Positions 37,619 to 47,146 of a DNA stretch of 64,000 nucleotides are shown one piece after another; the first letter of the stretch is position 1, and each line of letters begins with the position of its first letter. The DNA is taken from contig OZ244937.1 in assembly GCA_965222075.1 (NCBI GenBank), forward strand, positions 800,001-864,000, in the 5' to 3' direction. Source of the DNA: Candidatus Latescibacterota bacterium. Its GTDB lineage: Bacteria > Latescibacterota > UBA2968 > GCA-2709665. A program made the translations under genes and the position numbers. A model generated the notes under the pieces. The model was not told where the DNA came from. It was given only the letters and a program-made list of their open reading frames with translations, and made no database searches.

Positions 37619-38452
37619 ATGGTAAGAGGATTGTTTGTGGCAAAAGAAGCGTTGAATGCGGTTGTAACTCAGAAGATCGAGGTAACGCCTGAGCTGATCA
37701 TTCTTCAGGTGAGGCCGGATGGATGGGAGCTGCCCGATTTTGAGCCGGGGCAGTTTGCGGTCCTGGGGCTGAAAGGGTCGGCGCCCCGCATGCCCTGGAC
37801 AGATCCGGAAGAAGACCCCCCCAATCCGGACCGGCTGATCCGCCGGGCCTATTCGATTGCCTCTTCTTCGGTGGCCAAAGAGTACATGGAGTTCTACGTC
37901 ATCCTGGTCCGCGACGGCGCGCTGACGTCGCGGCTGTTCGCTCTGGAGATGGGCGAACCGATCTGGCTTGGGCGAAAGGTCTCGGGGATGTTCACGCTGG
38001 ACGAAGTGCCCGAAAACAAGAATGTTGTGCTGGCCGCCACGGGCACCGGACTGGCGCCTTATATGAGCATGCTGCGCACACATCTGCCCCACGACGGCGA
38101 ACGGCTTCACGCCGTGCTGCACGGCGCCCGGCATTCCTGGGATCTGGGGTATCGGTCTGAGCTGAACACCATGCAGCAGCTCTGCGATAATTTCACGTAT
38201 ATCCCGCTGATCAGCCGACCGGCCAATGAACCGGTGCCCTGGGGCGGGCTGACGGGTTATGTTCAAGACCTCTGGACCAGGGGCGAGCTGGATAAGGAAT
38301 GGGGGATGCGCCCAACGCCTTCGGATACCCATGTATTCCTGTGTGGAAACCCCAATATGTGTGAAGATATGCTGGCGCTGCTGGACAAAGAGGGGTTTCG
38401 GGAGCATACCCGCAAGGCGCCGGGTGAGGTACACGTGGAAAGGTACTGGTGA
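37619..38452 (+). CDS. fpr: Ferredoxin--NADP(+) reductase, bacterial type
   Basis: FEPGQF, RAYSIAS, GALTSRL, ATGTGLAPY, LCGNPNM, C-terminal ERYW. Start may be GTG 37637. Confidence 0.9.
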   Translation: MVRGLFVAKEALNAVVTQKIEVTPELIILQVRPDGWELPDFEPGQFAVLGLKGSAPRMPWTDPEEDPPNPDRLIRRAYSIASSSVAKEYMEFYVILVRDGALTSRLFALEMGEPIWLGRKVSGMFTLDEVPENKNVVLAATGTGLAPYMSMLRTHLPHDGERLHAVLHGARHSWDLGYRSELNTMQQLCDNFTYIPLISRPANEPVPWGGLTGYVQDLWTRGELDKEWGMRPTPSDTHVFLCGNPNMCEDMLALLDKEGFREHTRKAPGEVHVERYW

Positions 38453-38462
38453 GTGTGCGCGT

Positions 38463-40064
38463 ATGTATTATGACGGGATTATCGTGGGGGCCGGTCACAA
38501 CAGCCTGGTCCTGCAGGCCTACCTCTGCCGGGCCGGGCTGAAGGTGCTTTGCATCGAGCGGCGGGATGCGGCCGGGGGCGGGCTGACGACGATGGAAGAC
38601 CCACGGTATCCCGGGTTTTTGCACAATACCCATTCGTTTTACCACCGGGCATTGAACCGGATGCCCTGGTACCGGGACCTGGAGCTGAAACGCCACGGGG
38701 CGGTCTACCTGGAGCCGGAGCTGAATGTGGCGCTTCTGCTTAAGAGCGGCGCGGCGCTGGAGTGGTGGACCGATTTTGAGAAGACGGCGGAGGCGTTTGC
38801 GCGTTTCAGCCGGAGGGACGCGGATACGCTGCGGCGCTGGCGGGACGATTTTCTGCCGATTGTGGAGGAGATCCTGATCCCGGAAGCGCAGGCCCCGCCG
38901 CTGCATCCCGGGCGACGACGGGCGCTTCTGGAGCAGAGCGCCCGGGGACGGCTGCTGCTGAGCGTGAGCGCGCTGTCACCGCTGGAATTCGTGCAGAGGG
39001 AGTTCGAGCATCCGGTGATCCGGGCCGGGCTTCTTTTTTTTAACGGGTTGCGCGAGGTTGACCTGCGGTGTGCCGGGTTCGGCCACCACATTGCGGCCCT
39101 GCTGGCCAGTTCGGGCAAGGCCCAGATGTGCATCGGGGGCTCGGCCGCTCTGGCCCGCGCCCTGGTATCGGCGGTGGTTGAAAGCGGAGGCGAGATCCGG
39201 CTGCAGACGACGCCGAAGCGATTTGTGGTGGAAGCGGGGCGCGTGGTCGGCGTTGAGACCGCCTCGGGAGAGCGATTCACGGCACGGCATTTTGTCGCTT
39301 CCGGGCTCAACCCCCACCAGTCCTTTCTGGAACTGTTCGACGAGGACCTGCTGCCCCCGGCGTGGCGGGACCGTGCCCGGAGCTTCCAGTACAATCTGAT
39401 CGCTCCCCTGTTCGCCCTGAATCTGAACCTGAGCGAACCGCCCTGCTACCGGGCGGCCGAGCGGTATGCCCACCTGGACGATGCGTTTATGGTGATCCTG
39501 GGGCTGGAGCATGTGGACCGGTACCTGGACATGGTCCGGTGCCATGAGGAGGGGACCATGCCACCTATGGTGATGTGGGGGAGTTGCCCAACAATTTTCG
39601 ACCCTTCCCAGGCGCCGGAGGGCAAACATACCGCGTTTATGTGGCAGAAGGTTCCCTACCGGCTCAACGGAGACCCGACGAACTGGGACCGGGAGAAGGC
39701 GCGCCACGGTGGAGATATGCTAAGCGTGTGGCGCGACTACGCGCCCAACCTCAAAGATGTCGTCATCGATTCGTTTGTGCGCAGCGCTCTGGATGTCGAA
39801 CGCACGTTTCCCAATATGAAAGCGGGGGATTTGCTGGTGGGCGCATTTACCAACGGTCAGATCGGTTACGACCGCCCTTTTCCCGGGGCCGGACACTACC
39901 GCGGCCACCTGCCCGGCCTGTACCTGTGCGGTTCGTGCTGCCATCCAGGCGGCAATATCACCGGTTTGCCGGGGTACAACTGCGCTCAGATTATTCTGAA
40001 CGACCTGGGTCTGAGGCCCAGGTGGGCGCCCGAACCCCTGGAAGGACGTCTGGGACGACTGTGA
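38463..40064 (+). CDS. FAD-dependent oxidoreductase (phytoene dehydrogenase-like)
   Basis: IVGAGHNSL, ERR...GGG, DPSQAPEGKH, LYLCGS.CHPGG...PGYN. Confidence 0.88.
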   Translation: MYYDGIIVGAGHNSLVLQAYLCRAGLKVLCIERRDAAGGGLTTMEDPRYPGFLHNTHSFYHRALNRMPWYRDLELKRHGAVYLEPELNVALLLKSGAALEWWTDFEKTAEAFARFSRRDADTLRRWRDDFLPIVEEILIPEAQAPPLHPGRRRALLEQSARGRLLLSVSALSPLEFVQREFEHPVIRAGLLFFNGLREVDLRCAGFGHHIAALLASSGKAQMCIGGSAALARALVSAVVESGGEIRLQTTPKRFVVEAGRVVGVETASGERFTARHFVASGLNPHQSFLELFDEDLLPPAWRDRARSFQYNLIAPLFALNLNLSEPPCYRAAERYAHLDDAFMVILGLEHVDRYLDMVRCHEEGTMPPMVMWGSCPTIFDPSQAPEGKHTAFMWQKVPYRLNGDPTNWDREKARHGGDMLSVWRDYAPNLKDVVIDSFVRSALDVERTFPNMKAGDLLVGAFTNGQIGYDRPFPGAGHYRGHLPGLYLCGSCCHPGGNITGLPGYNCAQIILNDLGLRPRWAPEPLEGRLGRL

Positions 40065-41185
40065 TGCCGCTGCCTACCCTTTCCTATCTCACCGATATTT
40101 ATTTCGGTTTCGGCTCGGTGGAGACGCTGCCGCACCTGCTGGAGAGGTTTGGCCTGTTACGCCCTCTGGTGATTACCGATCCGGATCTTGTGGCGCTTGG
40201 AATCCTGGAACGCCTGGGAATGGACGATGCGCCGGTTTTCGATGGGGTGCAGACCAACCCTACCGAGGCGCAGGTGCTGGACGGCCTGGCCCGGTACCGG
40301 GAAGCGGGGTGCGATGGGATGGTGGCTGCGGGGGGCGGATCATCGATCGATCTGGCCAAGTGCGTGGGGATGCTCGTCCACCATCCGGAGCCGTTTGAGC
40401 AATATGCGATGCGCCGGGGAGGCGTTTCGCAGATTACCGATCGGGTGCCGCCGCTGATTGCTGTTCCAACGACCGCGGGGACCGGGAGCGAGGTGGGACG
40501 GGCCGCGCTGGTGACGCTGGCGTCGGGCGATAAGGTGGGGTTTCTGAGTCCGCACCTGCTGCCGGTGGCGGCGCTTTGCGATCCGGAGCTGACGCTGAGC
40601 ATGCCCCCGCGCCTGACCGCGGCTACGGGTATGGATGCCATCTCGCACTGTGTGGAGGCGTATTGCAGCACCCGGTACAACCCGGTGGCCGATGCGATTG
40701 CCCTGGACGGCCTGGTGCGCGGGTGCGGGCACATCGTGACGGCGACCGAACAGGGCGCCGACCTCACAAGTCGCAGTGAGATGATGATGTGCGCGCTTGA
40801 AGGCGGGCTGGCTTTTCAGAAAGGCCTGGGGGCGGTGCACAGCCTGAGTCATCCCTTAGGCGGGCTGGCCGAAAAGCGGCTGCACCACGGGACGCTCAAC
40901 GCGCTCTTCTTGCCGGTGGTGCTGCGCTTTAATATCGACCATTGCGTAGAAAAGATGGATGAGATGGCCCGTCGTTTAAACCTCCGGAGAGGCGCGGATC
41001 TGCCGACGTTTTTTGAGGATTTGAACCGCCGTCTGGATCTCCCCCGCAACCTGAGTGAAACAGGTGTGACGGCGAAAGACCTGCAACCGCTCGCGCAGAA
41101 GGCGGTGAACGACCATTGCACGCCTACCAATCCCCGCCCGCTGGAACTGGACGCATGTCGCGCACTTTATCGGGAAGTCCTGTGA
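40064..41185 (+). CDS. Iron-containing alcohol dehydrogenase
   Basis: GGGSSID, VPTTAGTGSE, GMDAISH, VHSLSH, HHG. Confidence 0.93.
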   Translation: MPLPTLSYLTDIYFGFGSVETLPHLLERFGLLRPLVITDPDLVALGILERLGMDDAPVFDGVQTNPTEAQVLDGLARYREAGCDGMVAAGGGSSIDLAKCVGMLVHHPEPFEQYAMRRGGVSQITDRVPPLIAVPTTAGTGSEVGRAALVTLASGDKVGFLSPHLLPVAALCDPELTLSMPPRLTAATGMDAISHCVEAYCSTRYNPVADAIALDGLVRGCGHIVTATEQGADLTSRSEMMMCALEGGLAFQKGLGAVHSLSHPLGGLAEKRLHHGTLNALFLPVVLRFNIDHCVEKMDEMARRLNLRRGADLPTFFEDLNRRLDLPRNLSETGVTAKDLQPLAQKAVNDHCTPTNPRPLELDACRALYREVL

Positions 41186-43500
41186 TGAGGATCGGCAAAA
41201 GGGGGATGCTGTTCGTGGCGCTGGCCGCCCTGTGCACCCTGACCGGGGCAGTCCGTCTGTGGGCGGCGGCGGACGGGGCGCAGCGTGTGGCAGAGGGGCA
41301 GGATCTGCTGGCTCAGAAGCGGTTTGGAGAAGCGGAGAGGGCTTTTAAATCGGCGTTGCGGGAGGCGCCGATCGATGCGCGGAAGGGATTGGGCAAGGTC
41401 GCCTTTGTCCGGAAGGACTGGGGGAAGGCGAAGGATGCGTATGAAAAGGTTCTGAAGCTGGCCCCGGGCGACATAGAAGCCCTTTACCGCCTTGCGATCT
41501 GTTTTCGAGAGACGGGCAAGTTCAAGGCTTTGATGTTTCGCAGGGCAGACTGGAACCGTTCCCGGCGGCTGTTTGAACAGGTGCTGGAACAGGATTCGCT
41601 GTACCTGGATGCGGTTTACCAGTATGCGGTTTTAAAGCGCTGCCGGGGGAAATATCGGGAGGCGATTCTGCTGGGCCACCGGCAGGTGGCGCAGAAGCCG
41701 GACCTGAGGGCGGCGCAGCTGGGGCTGTTCCGGCTCTACCTGCATTTCCTGGACAACCGCGGCGAATGGAAGACCATCGCCTGGCTGCGGAGACAGGATT
41801 TTGAACATGCGCGCTGTTTTGTCGGCGAGGCTTTGCGCCGGGCCGGCCGACCTGCCCAGGCCGATTCGGTCCTCCGAGCCTGGCTGGCCGCTGCGCCGTC
41901 GATCAGCACGGTTCCGGCCCGGCTCTCCCTGGTCCGGCTCGCCTACCAGCGCGGGCAGCCGGGGGCCGCGGAGGCCACTTTCCGGACCGCCGTTGACAGC
42001 ATCCGCACGCGGCTGGACGCGGAACTCATCTTCGAAGATGTAAAATACGTTGTTACCGAAATGGAGCTGGAATCGTTTCGGGGCCTTTCTTCGCCGGAGG
42101 AATACAGAGGGTTCTACCGCCGTTTCTGGACCGGCCGGGACCCCACGCCGGCCGCGGATACGAACGCCCGGCTGGCCGAGCACTACCGGCGGCTGATCTA
42201 CGCCGAGGCGTATTACGTCTACGACGGCTTCCGTACCTGGGCCAACAGTCCCGACAAGACAAACGAGCTTGCGTATCCCGCTACGTTTTATCTCAATGAC
42301 CGGTTTAACGACAAGGGGCTGATCTACATCCGCCACGGCGATCCAAACGATTACGCGCAGACGCCGGGCCAGAATATCGTGGTCAACACGTCCTGGTTTT
42401 ACGGAAAGACCGAGACGCTGCCCGAGATGGTGTTTCATTTTGTGGTTGATGAAAACGCCTCCGGCAACAACTGGCGGCTGTCACCCTATCCCGGGTCCGT
42501 GCAGGGGCGCGAGACCTGGGGGGCGGTGTATCAACCACCGCAGGGCCGGCGGCGCCGGGGTCGAGGCCGCGGGGGGCGATGGCGCGGAGGTCAACAGCCT
42601 GGAGATCTCCGCCGGATGGCGCGTGAAAGAGAGATGGCTGTACAGAGCCGCAGCGCGGTTGCGGTGGGGTTTCGCACAGACCGGCACGCCTGGGAGCGGG
42701 ATATCGATCCTTTGCCCTACGATTCCTACCTGGCGTTTTTTAAGGAGGAAACAGGGGGCACCATGCTGGAACTTTATTACGGGGTGCCGCTGAAGGACAC
42801 GCCGGTGGCCGACACATCCGCAGTGTACGAGTACGGAATGGCGCTGCACGATCTGGAATGGCATCCGGTTATGCGGCACCGGGGGCGCATCGTGGCGGAG
42901 GAGATCCCCCGCATCCGGTTTGATGAGACGGGGATTGGAACAGTCCGGCTGCAGGCGAGGCCCGATTCGTGCCACGCGGCCTTTTATATTGGAGAACGCA
43001 CCGGACGGCGGCTGGGCGGCTGGAAGGGCGACATCCGGATTCCGGCATTTTCCGAGGTCGCCCTGGAGATGAGCAGCATTGTTCCTGCGCATACGATTTC
43101 ATCTGCTGTCGAAGCGAATGACGCATTCTTTTTCCGCGGGCTTCACCTGGTGCCCAATCCTTCCCGGCGGTTTTTACGCAAAAAGCCGGTGTACATCTAT
43201 TTTGAGGTTTACAATCTCACCCCGGATGAGGGGGGGGTGACCTCCTTTGAGGTCGAATATACGGTTTCCAGGCGCAAGCGGAAGCGGCCGATCAAAAAGC
43301 GGCTTTCCATATTTGGCAGCAACGCCAAACCTGCCACTGCAGTCGCTGTTGAACGCACCGGAGATACGCCGACTTCGGCGGAGTACCTTTCGCTGGATCT
43401 CAGCCGGATAGGACGGGGCGAGTTTCGGCTGGATATCAAAGTGACGGATCGCCGGTCGGGTGAACAGAGCGAGGATTCTGTGGATCTGGTTCTGTTTTGA
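41185..43500 (+). CDS. TPR + GWxTD domain-containing secreted protein
   Basis: Signal peptide, TPR-like helices, FWTGRDPTP...HYRRL, DKGLIYIRHGDP, C-terminal YFEVYNL beta domain. Confidence 0.8.
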   Translation: MRIGKRGMLFVALAALCTLTGAVRLWAAADGAQRVAEGQDLLAQKRFGEAERAFKSALREAPIDARKGLGKVAFVRKDWGKAKDAYEKVLKLAPGDIEALYRLAICFRETGKFKALMFRRADWNRSRRLFEQVLEQDSLYLDAVYQYAVLKRCRGKYREAILLGHRQVAQKPDLRAAQLGLFRLYLHFLDNRGEWKTIAWLRRQDFEHARCFVGEALRRAGRPAQADSVLRAWLAAAPSISTVPARLSLVRLAYQRGQPGAAEATFRTAVDSIRTRLDAELIFEDVKYVVTEMELESFRGLSSPEEYRGFYRRFWTGRDPTPAADTNARLAEHYRRLIYAEAYYVYDGFRTWANSPDKTNELAYPATFYLNDRFNDKGLIYIRHGDPNDYAQTPGQNIVVNTSWFYGKTETLPEMVFHFVVDENASGNNWRLSPYPGSVQGRETWGAVYQPPQGRRRRGRGRGGRWRGGQQPGDLRRMAREREMAVQSRSAVAVGFRTDRHAWERDIDPLPYDSYLAFFKEETGGTMLELYYGVPLKDTPVADTSAVYEYGMALHDLEWHPVMRHRGRIVAEEIPRIRFDETGIGTVRLQARPDSCHAAFYIGERTGRRLGGWKGDIRIPAFSEVALEMSSIVPAHTISSAVEANDAFFFRGLHLVPNPSRRFLRKKPVYIYFEVYNLTPDEGGVTSFEVEYTVSRRKRKRPIKKRLSIFGSNAKPATAVAVERTGDTPTSAEYLSLDLSRIGRGEFRLDIKVTDRRSGEQSEDSVDLVLF

Positions 43501-43555
43501 TCGAATCACATTGCCCGGCGCAAGACGGCCGGCTACCCGGATAAGGAGTTAAGCT

Positions 43556-44728
43556 ATGCGTGCGGACCGACCGGAAGCCCCTCTGAGGAAATTGATGGGA
43601 CCGGGGCCTCTGGATGTGCATCCAAGGATCTACAGTGCGCTGACGTCGCCGGTGATCGGACATTTGGACCCGGCGTATTTGAAGGTGCTGGACCGGATCG
43701 GAGACCTGCTTCGCCCGGTTTTCGGGACACAAAACCGGGTGACCCATGCGACGCCGGGGACGGGGACGTCGGGGATGGAGGCGTGCGTGGCGAACCTGAT
43801 GGAGCCGGGAGACCGGGTGCTGGTCTGCGTGCACGGCTATTTTGGGGATCGCATCCGGCAGATGGCCGAGCGGCAGGAGGCAGAGGTGACGCTGGTCGAG
43901 GCAGAGTGGGGGAGGCCGACCGATGCGACGCGGGTCGCGGAGGCGTTGAAGGACGGGGGGTACAAGGTGATCACGCTGGTCCATGCAGAGACGTCGACCG
44001 GGGTGCTTCAGCCGATGGATGAGATTGCAGAACTGGCGAAGGCGCACGGGGCGATGATTCTGCTGGATACCGTAACGTCGCTGGGTGGGGTCGAGGTGAA
44101 GGTGGATGAATGGGGGGTGGATGCGGGGTATAGCTGTTCCCAGAAGTGCATCGGGGCGCCGTCGGGACTGGCGCCGGTGACGTTCAGCGACCGGGCCATT
44201 GAAGTGGCGGCGAACCGAAAACACCCGGTGCGGACCTGGTACCTGGATATTTCGCTGCTGGACCAGTACTGGGGACCGGAGCGGGTGTACCACCATACGA
44301 GTTCGAGTACGCTGAATTATGCGCTTTTGGAGGCGCTGCTGCTGATGGAGGAGGAGGGGCTGCAAAATCGGCTGGCGCGGCATTTGAAGAACCACAAGGC
44401 GCTGGTTGCGGGCGTGGAGGCGATGGGGCTGGAGATGCTGGTGGCTCCGGAGCACCGGCTGCCGACGCTGAATACCGTGCGGATTCCCGACGGGGTGGAC
44501 GATGCGAAGGTTCGGGGGTATCTGCTGGAGACCTTTAGTTTGGAGATCGGCGGGGGGTTGGGCGCGCTGAAGGGGCAGGTGTGGCGGGTGGGGCTGATGG
44601 GCTATTCCTCGTCGGCGGAAAACGTGCTCTTTTTCCTTTCGGCGATGAGCCGGGCGCTGGCCGACCAGGGGTGGATGATGGATGTGGAGGCCGGGCTGGA
44701 GGCAGCGATGTTGGTGTTGAACGCGTGA
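43556..44728 (+). CDS. Alanine--glyoxylate aminotransferase family (class V PLP)
   Basis: LMGPGP, GTSGMEA, VHAETSTG, SCSQKC, RVGLMG. Confidence 0.93.
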   Translation: MRADRPEAPLRKLMGPGPLDVHPRIYSALTSPVIGHLDPAYLKVLDRIGDLLRPVFGTQNRVTHATPGTGTSGMEACVANLMEPGDRVLVCVHGYFGDRIRQMAERQEAEVTLVEAEWGRPTDATRVAEALKDGGYKVITLVHAETSTGVLQPMDEIAELAKAHGAMILLDTVTSLGGVEVKVDEWGVDAGYSCSQKCIGAPSGLAPVTFSDRAIEVAANRKHPVRTWYLDISLLDQYWGPERVYHHTSSSTLNYALLEALLLMEEEGLQNRLARHLKNHKALVAGVEAMGLEMLVAPEHRLPTLNTVRIPDGVDDAKVRGYLLETFSLEIGGGLGALKGQVWRVGLMGYSSSAENVLFFLSAMSRALADQGWMMDVEAGLEAAMLVLNA

Positions 44729-44729
44729 G

Positions 44730-45926
44730 ATGACCTACCCTGAAGTCGTTCTGAAAGCGGGACGGGAGCGCCGGATTCTGGAAGGACACCCCTGGGTGTT
44801 CAGCGGTGCGGTGGCCCAACACCCCGCGGCCGCAGAGCCGGGCGGTATTGTGGATGTGTTCGATCAGGATCGGAAGTTCACCGCCAGAGGCTATTATAAT
44901 CCGGCGTCGTCAATCCCGGTGCGGGTGCTGACCCGGGACCCGGAACAGCGGGTCGACCGGGCTTTTTTGGTTGCGCGCATCCGGCAGGCGCACGCGCTTC
45001 GGTGGGCGTGGCTGGATACAAAGACGACGAATGCTTACCGCGCGGTGCACGGCGAGAGCGATGGGTTGCCGGGGTTGATTGTGGATCGGTACGCCGATTT
45101 CCTCGTGGCGCAATTCCATACGCTGGGGATGGACCGGCTGAAAGAGCCGGTGGTAGAGGCGCTGCAGCAGGCGGTAGGACCGACCGGGATTTACGAGCGG
45201 AGCGATGTGGGCACGCGCCGGCCGGAGGGGCTGGAGACGTTTCCCACAGGCCTGCTGGCAGGGGAGGAACCGCCCGAGTTGATTGAAATCCGGGAGCACC
45301 GGACGCGGTTCTGGGTGGACGTGCGGCAGGGACAGAAGACGGGGTTTTACCTGGATCAGCGGGAGAACCGGCTGGCCGCCCAGCCTTTTACCCGGGGGCG
45401 GGAGGTGCTGAACTGTTTCAGCTATTCCGGGGGATTTTCGGTGTACGCGGCCCGGGGAAAGGCCTCGCGGGTGGTGAGCGTGGATGTTTCGGAGGCGGCC
45501 CTGGACCTGGCCCGAAGAAACCTGGAACTCAACCGGCTGGATGCAGACGCTCACCCCTGTGTTGCGGCCAATGTATTCGATTATCTGAAGGCATGTAAAG
45601 CGGAGAAGAGACGGTTTGACATGGTGATTGTGGACCCTCCGGCGTTCGTGAAGACCCGGGTGGCGTTAAAGCAGGCGGTGCGGGCCTACATCAGTTTGAA
45701 CCGGAAGGCGATTGAGGTTCTGCGGCCTGACGGGGTGCTGGTGAGCGCGTCGTGCTCCACGCAGGTGAATTACGAGACGTTTTTTACGATTCTCAAGCAT
45801 GCGGCCGCCGCGGCCCGACGGGAGCTCCGGATTGTGAAGAGCCATTTGCAGGCAGTGGACCATCCGGCGTTTACAACATTTCCGGAGGGGCGGTATCTGA
45901 AGTGTTTTTTTGGGGTTGTGAGGTAA
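44730..45926 (+). CDS. rlmI: RlmI-type SAM-dependent rRNA methyltransferase
   Basis: GHPWVFS PUA domain, ESDGLPGLIVDRY, GQKTGFYLDQRENR, FSYSGGF, DPPAF, YLK. Confidence 0.88.
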   Translation: MTYPEVVLKAGRERRILEGHPWVFSGAVAQHPAAAEPGGIVDVFDQDRKFTARGYYNPASSIPVRVLTRDPEQRVDRAFLVARIRQAHALRWAWLDTKTTNAYRAVHGESDGLPGLIVDRYADFLVAQFHTLGMDRLKEPVVEALQQAVGPTGIYERSDVGTRRPEGLETFPTGLLAGEEPPELIEIREHRTRFWVDVRQGQKTGFYLDQRENRLAAQPFTRGREVLNCFSYSGGFSVYAARGKASRVVSVDVSEAALDLARRNLELNRLDADAHPCVAANVFDYLKACKAEKRRFDMVIVDPPAFVKTRVALKQAVRAYISLNRKAIEVLRPDGVLVSASCSTQVNYETFFTILKHAAAAARRELRIVKSHLQAVDHPAFTTFPEGRYLKCFFGVVR

Positions 45927-45936
45927 GAAGCTGTCT

Positions 45937-46773
45937 TTAGCGGGGGATGAGGAGTTGCCAGCTGGTAGAGATGGAGAGGACGAAGGCGAGGGCGGTGAAC
46001 ACCAGGAGCACGAGGGCAAAGAGGATGGCGATGCGGCTTTCGCCGCGATTGACGCCGGAGACGAGGAGGCGGGAGGCGATCCAGCCGCCGATGAAGCCCC
46101 CCAGGTGGGCGAAGTTGTTGACGCCGCTCATCAGGAAGCCCAGGATGAAGAGGAGGATGGCCCACTGCCAGACCTGCCGGGTCATCATCGCCATCATGCT
46201 GCCTCCGTGCCAGCGGCCGTAGACGATGATGGCCCCAAAGAGGCCGAAGATGGCCCCGGAAGCGCCGATGGTGGGGGCGCTGGTGAGGGCGTTGGAGAGG
46301 ACAAAGCCGACGACGCTCCCTGCGGTGAAGATAATAAAGTAGCGGGCGGGACCGTAGAGGTTGCCGACTTCCGGGCCGAGCTGCCGGATCCAGAGGACGT
46401 TGAAGAGGATGTGAAGCAGCCCCCCGTGCAGGTAGGTGGCGGTGAAGACGGTCCACCAGTGGCCACTGGCGGTCGCGAAGCCTCCGGTCATGCCCAGGGC
46501 ATAGAGGGGGCGTGTACCCGGGCTGAGCATGCCAAAGAGGCCGCCGCGGACGTTGAGCGCTGCGCCAAGGTCGAGCAGGAGGCTGAGAACGTAAAGGACA
46601 ATGCAGGCGGTGGGGATCAGGGTAAGCACATCGATCCGTGCGCCAAAGAGCCGGGTCAGCGCCGGTCCCAGGCCCCAGAGGCCGGGGCGGTAGGCGCCGC
46701 AATAGGGACATCGCGTCTCCTGGGTGCTGATGAGGTTGCGGCAGTTGGGACAGACCATCGAGGTAGGGGGCAT
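45937..46773 (-). CDS. Rhomboid intramembrane serine protease with N-terminal zinc ribbon
   Basis: CPNC...CPYC, HGGLLHILFN, GASG, AHLGG. Confidence 0.92.
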   Translation of the reverse strand: MPPTSMVCPNCRNLISTQETRCPYCGAYRPGLWGLGPALTRLFGARIDVLTLIPTACIVLYVLSLLLDLGAALNVRGGLFGMLSPGTRPLYALGMTGGFATASGHWWTVFTATYLHGGLLHILFNVLWIRQLGPEVGNLYGPARYFIIFTAGSVVGFVLSNALTSAPTIGASGAIFGLFGAIIVYGRWHGGSMMAMMTRQVWQWAILLFILGFLMSGVNNFAHLGGFIGGWIASRLLVSGVNRGESRIAILFALVLLVFTALAFVLSISTSWQLLIPR

Positions 46774-46790
46774 GGGTTTCCTGCTGTATA

Positions 46791-46860
46791 AGAAGATGCT
46801 TGGAAAATAGCCTTTCGGTAGATATTCAGGTCCAACAGTTCTTTTACTCTTGGCCTTTTT
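46791..46860 (+). mobile_element. MITE-like repeat, left-end fragment
   Basis: AGAAGATGCTTGGAAAATAGCCTTTC...TCTTTTACTCTTGGCCTTTTT matches the end of the 54097-54478 copy. Confidence 0.65.
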
Positions 46861-46882
46861 TACCTTTCCTGGAGAAACAAGG

Positions 46883-46914
46883 AAACCCGTTAAACCGGGG
46901 CTTAACGGGCGTTT
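46883..46914 (-). terminator. Hairpin downstream of tRNA-Gly
   Basis: CCCGTTAA-N8-TTAACGGG followed by TTTCCTT on the minus strand. Confidence 0.55.
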
Positions 46915-46920
46915 GAAATC

Positions 46921-46996
<76 letters not shown>

Positions 46997-47015
46997 TCTG
47001 CTTGGGCCTGTGTTG

Positions 47016-47044
47016 AATATACTCACAAGCCAGGGGGCTGTCAA
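47016..47044 (-). promoter_or_regulatory. sigma70 promoter for tRNA-Gly
   Basis: TTGACA-17 nt-TATATT. Confidence 0.7.
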
Positions 47045-47068
47045 CCCCAAAACAGTTGGCTTATTGGA

Positions 47069-47112
47069 TTGACAAATATCACCCCAAACCCTATACTGTT
47101 GTGGTCAGTATA
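47069..47112 (+). promoter_or_regulatory. sigma70 promoter for the hydantoinase operon with overlapping inverted repeat
   Basis: TTGACA-17 nt-TATACT; TATACTG-N7-CAGTATA covers -10 and +1. Confidence 0.7.
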
Positions 47113-47146
47113 CCTGTGACTTTGGTGAATAGGAGGATAAGCGGTT

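Noticed and set aside
47092-47112. LexA/SOS box
   Set aside because: CTG-N7-CAG spacing does not fit CTG-N10-CAG; kept only as an unassigned operator.
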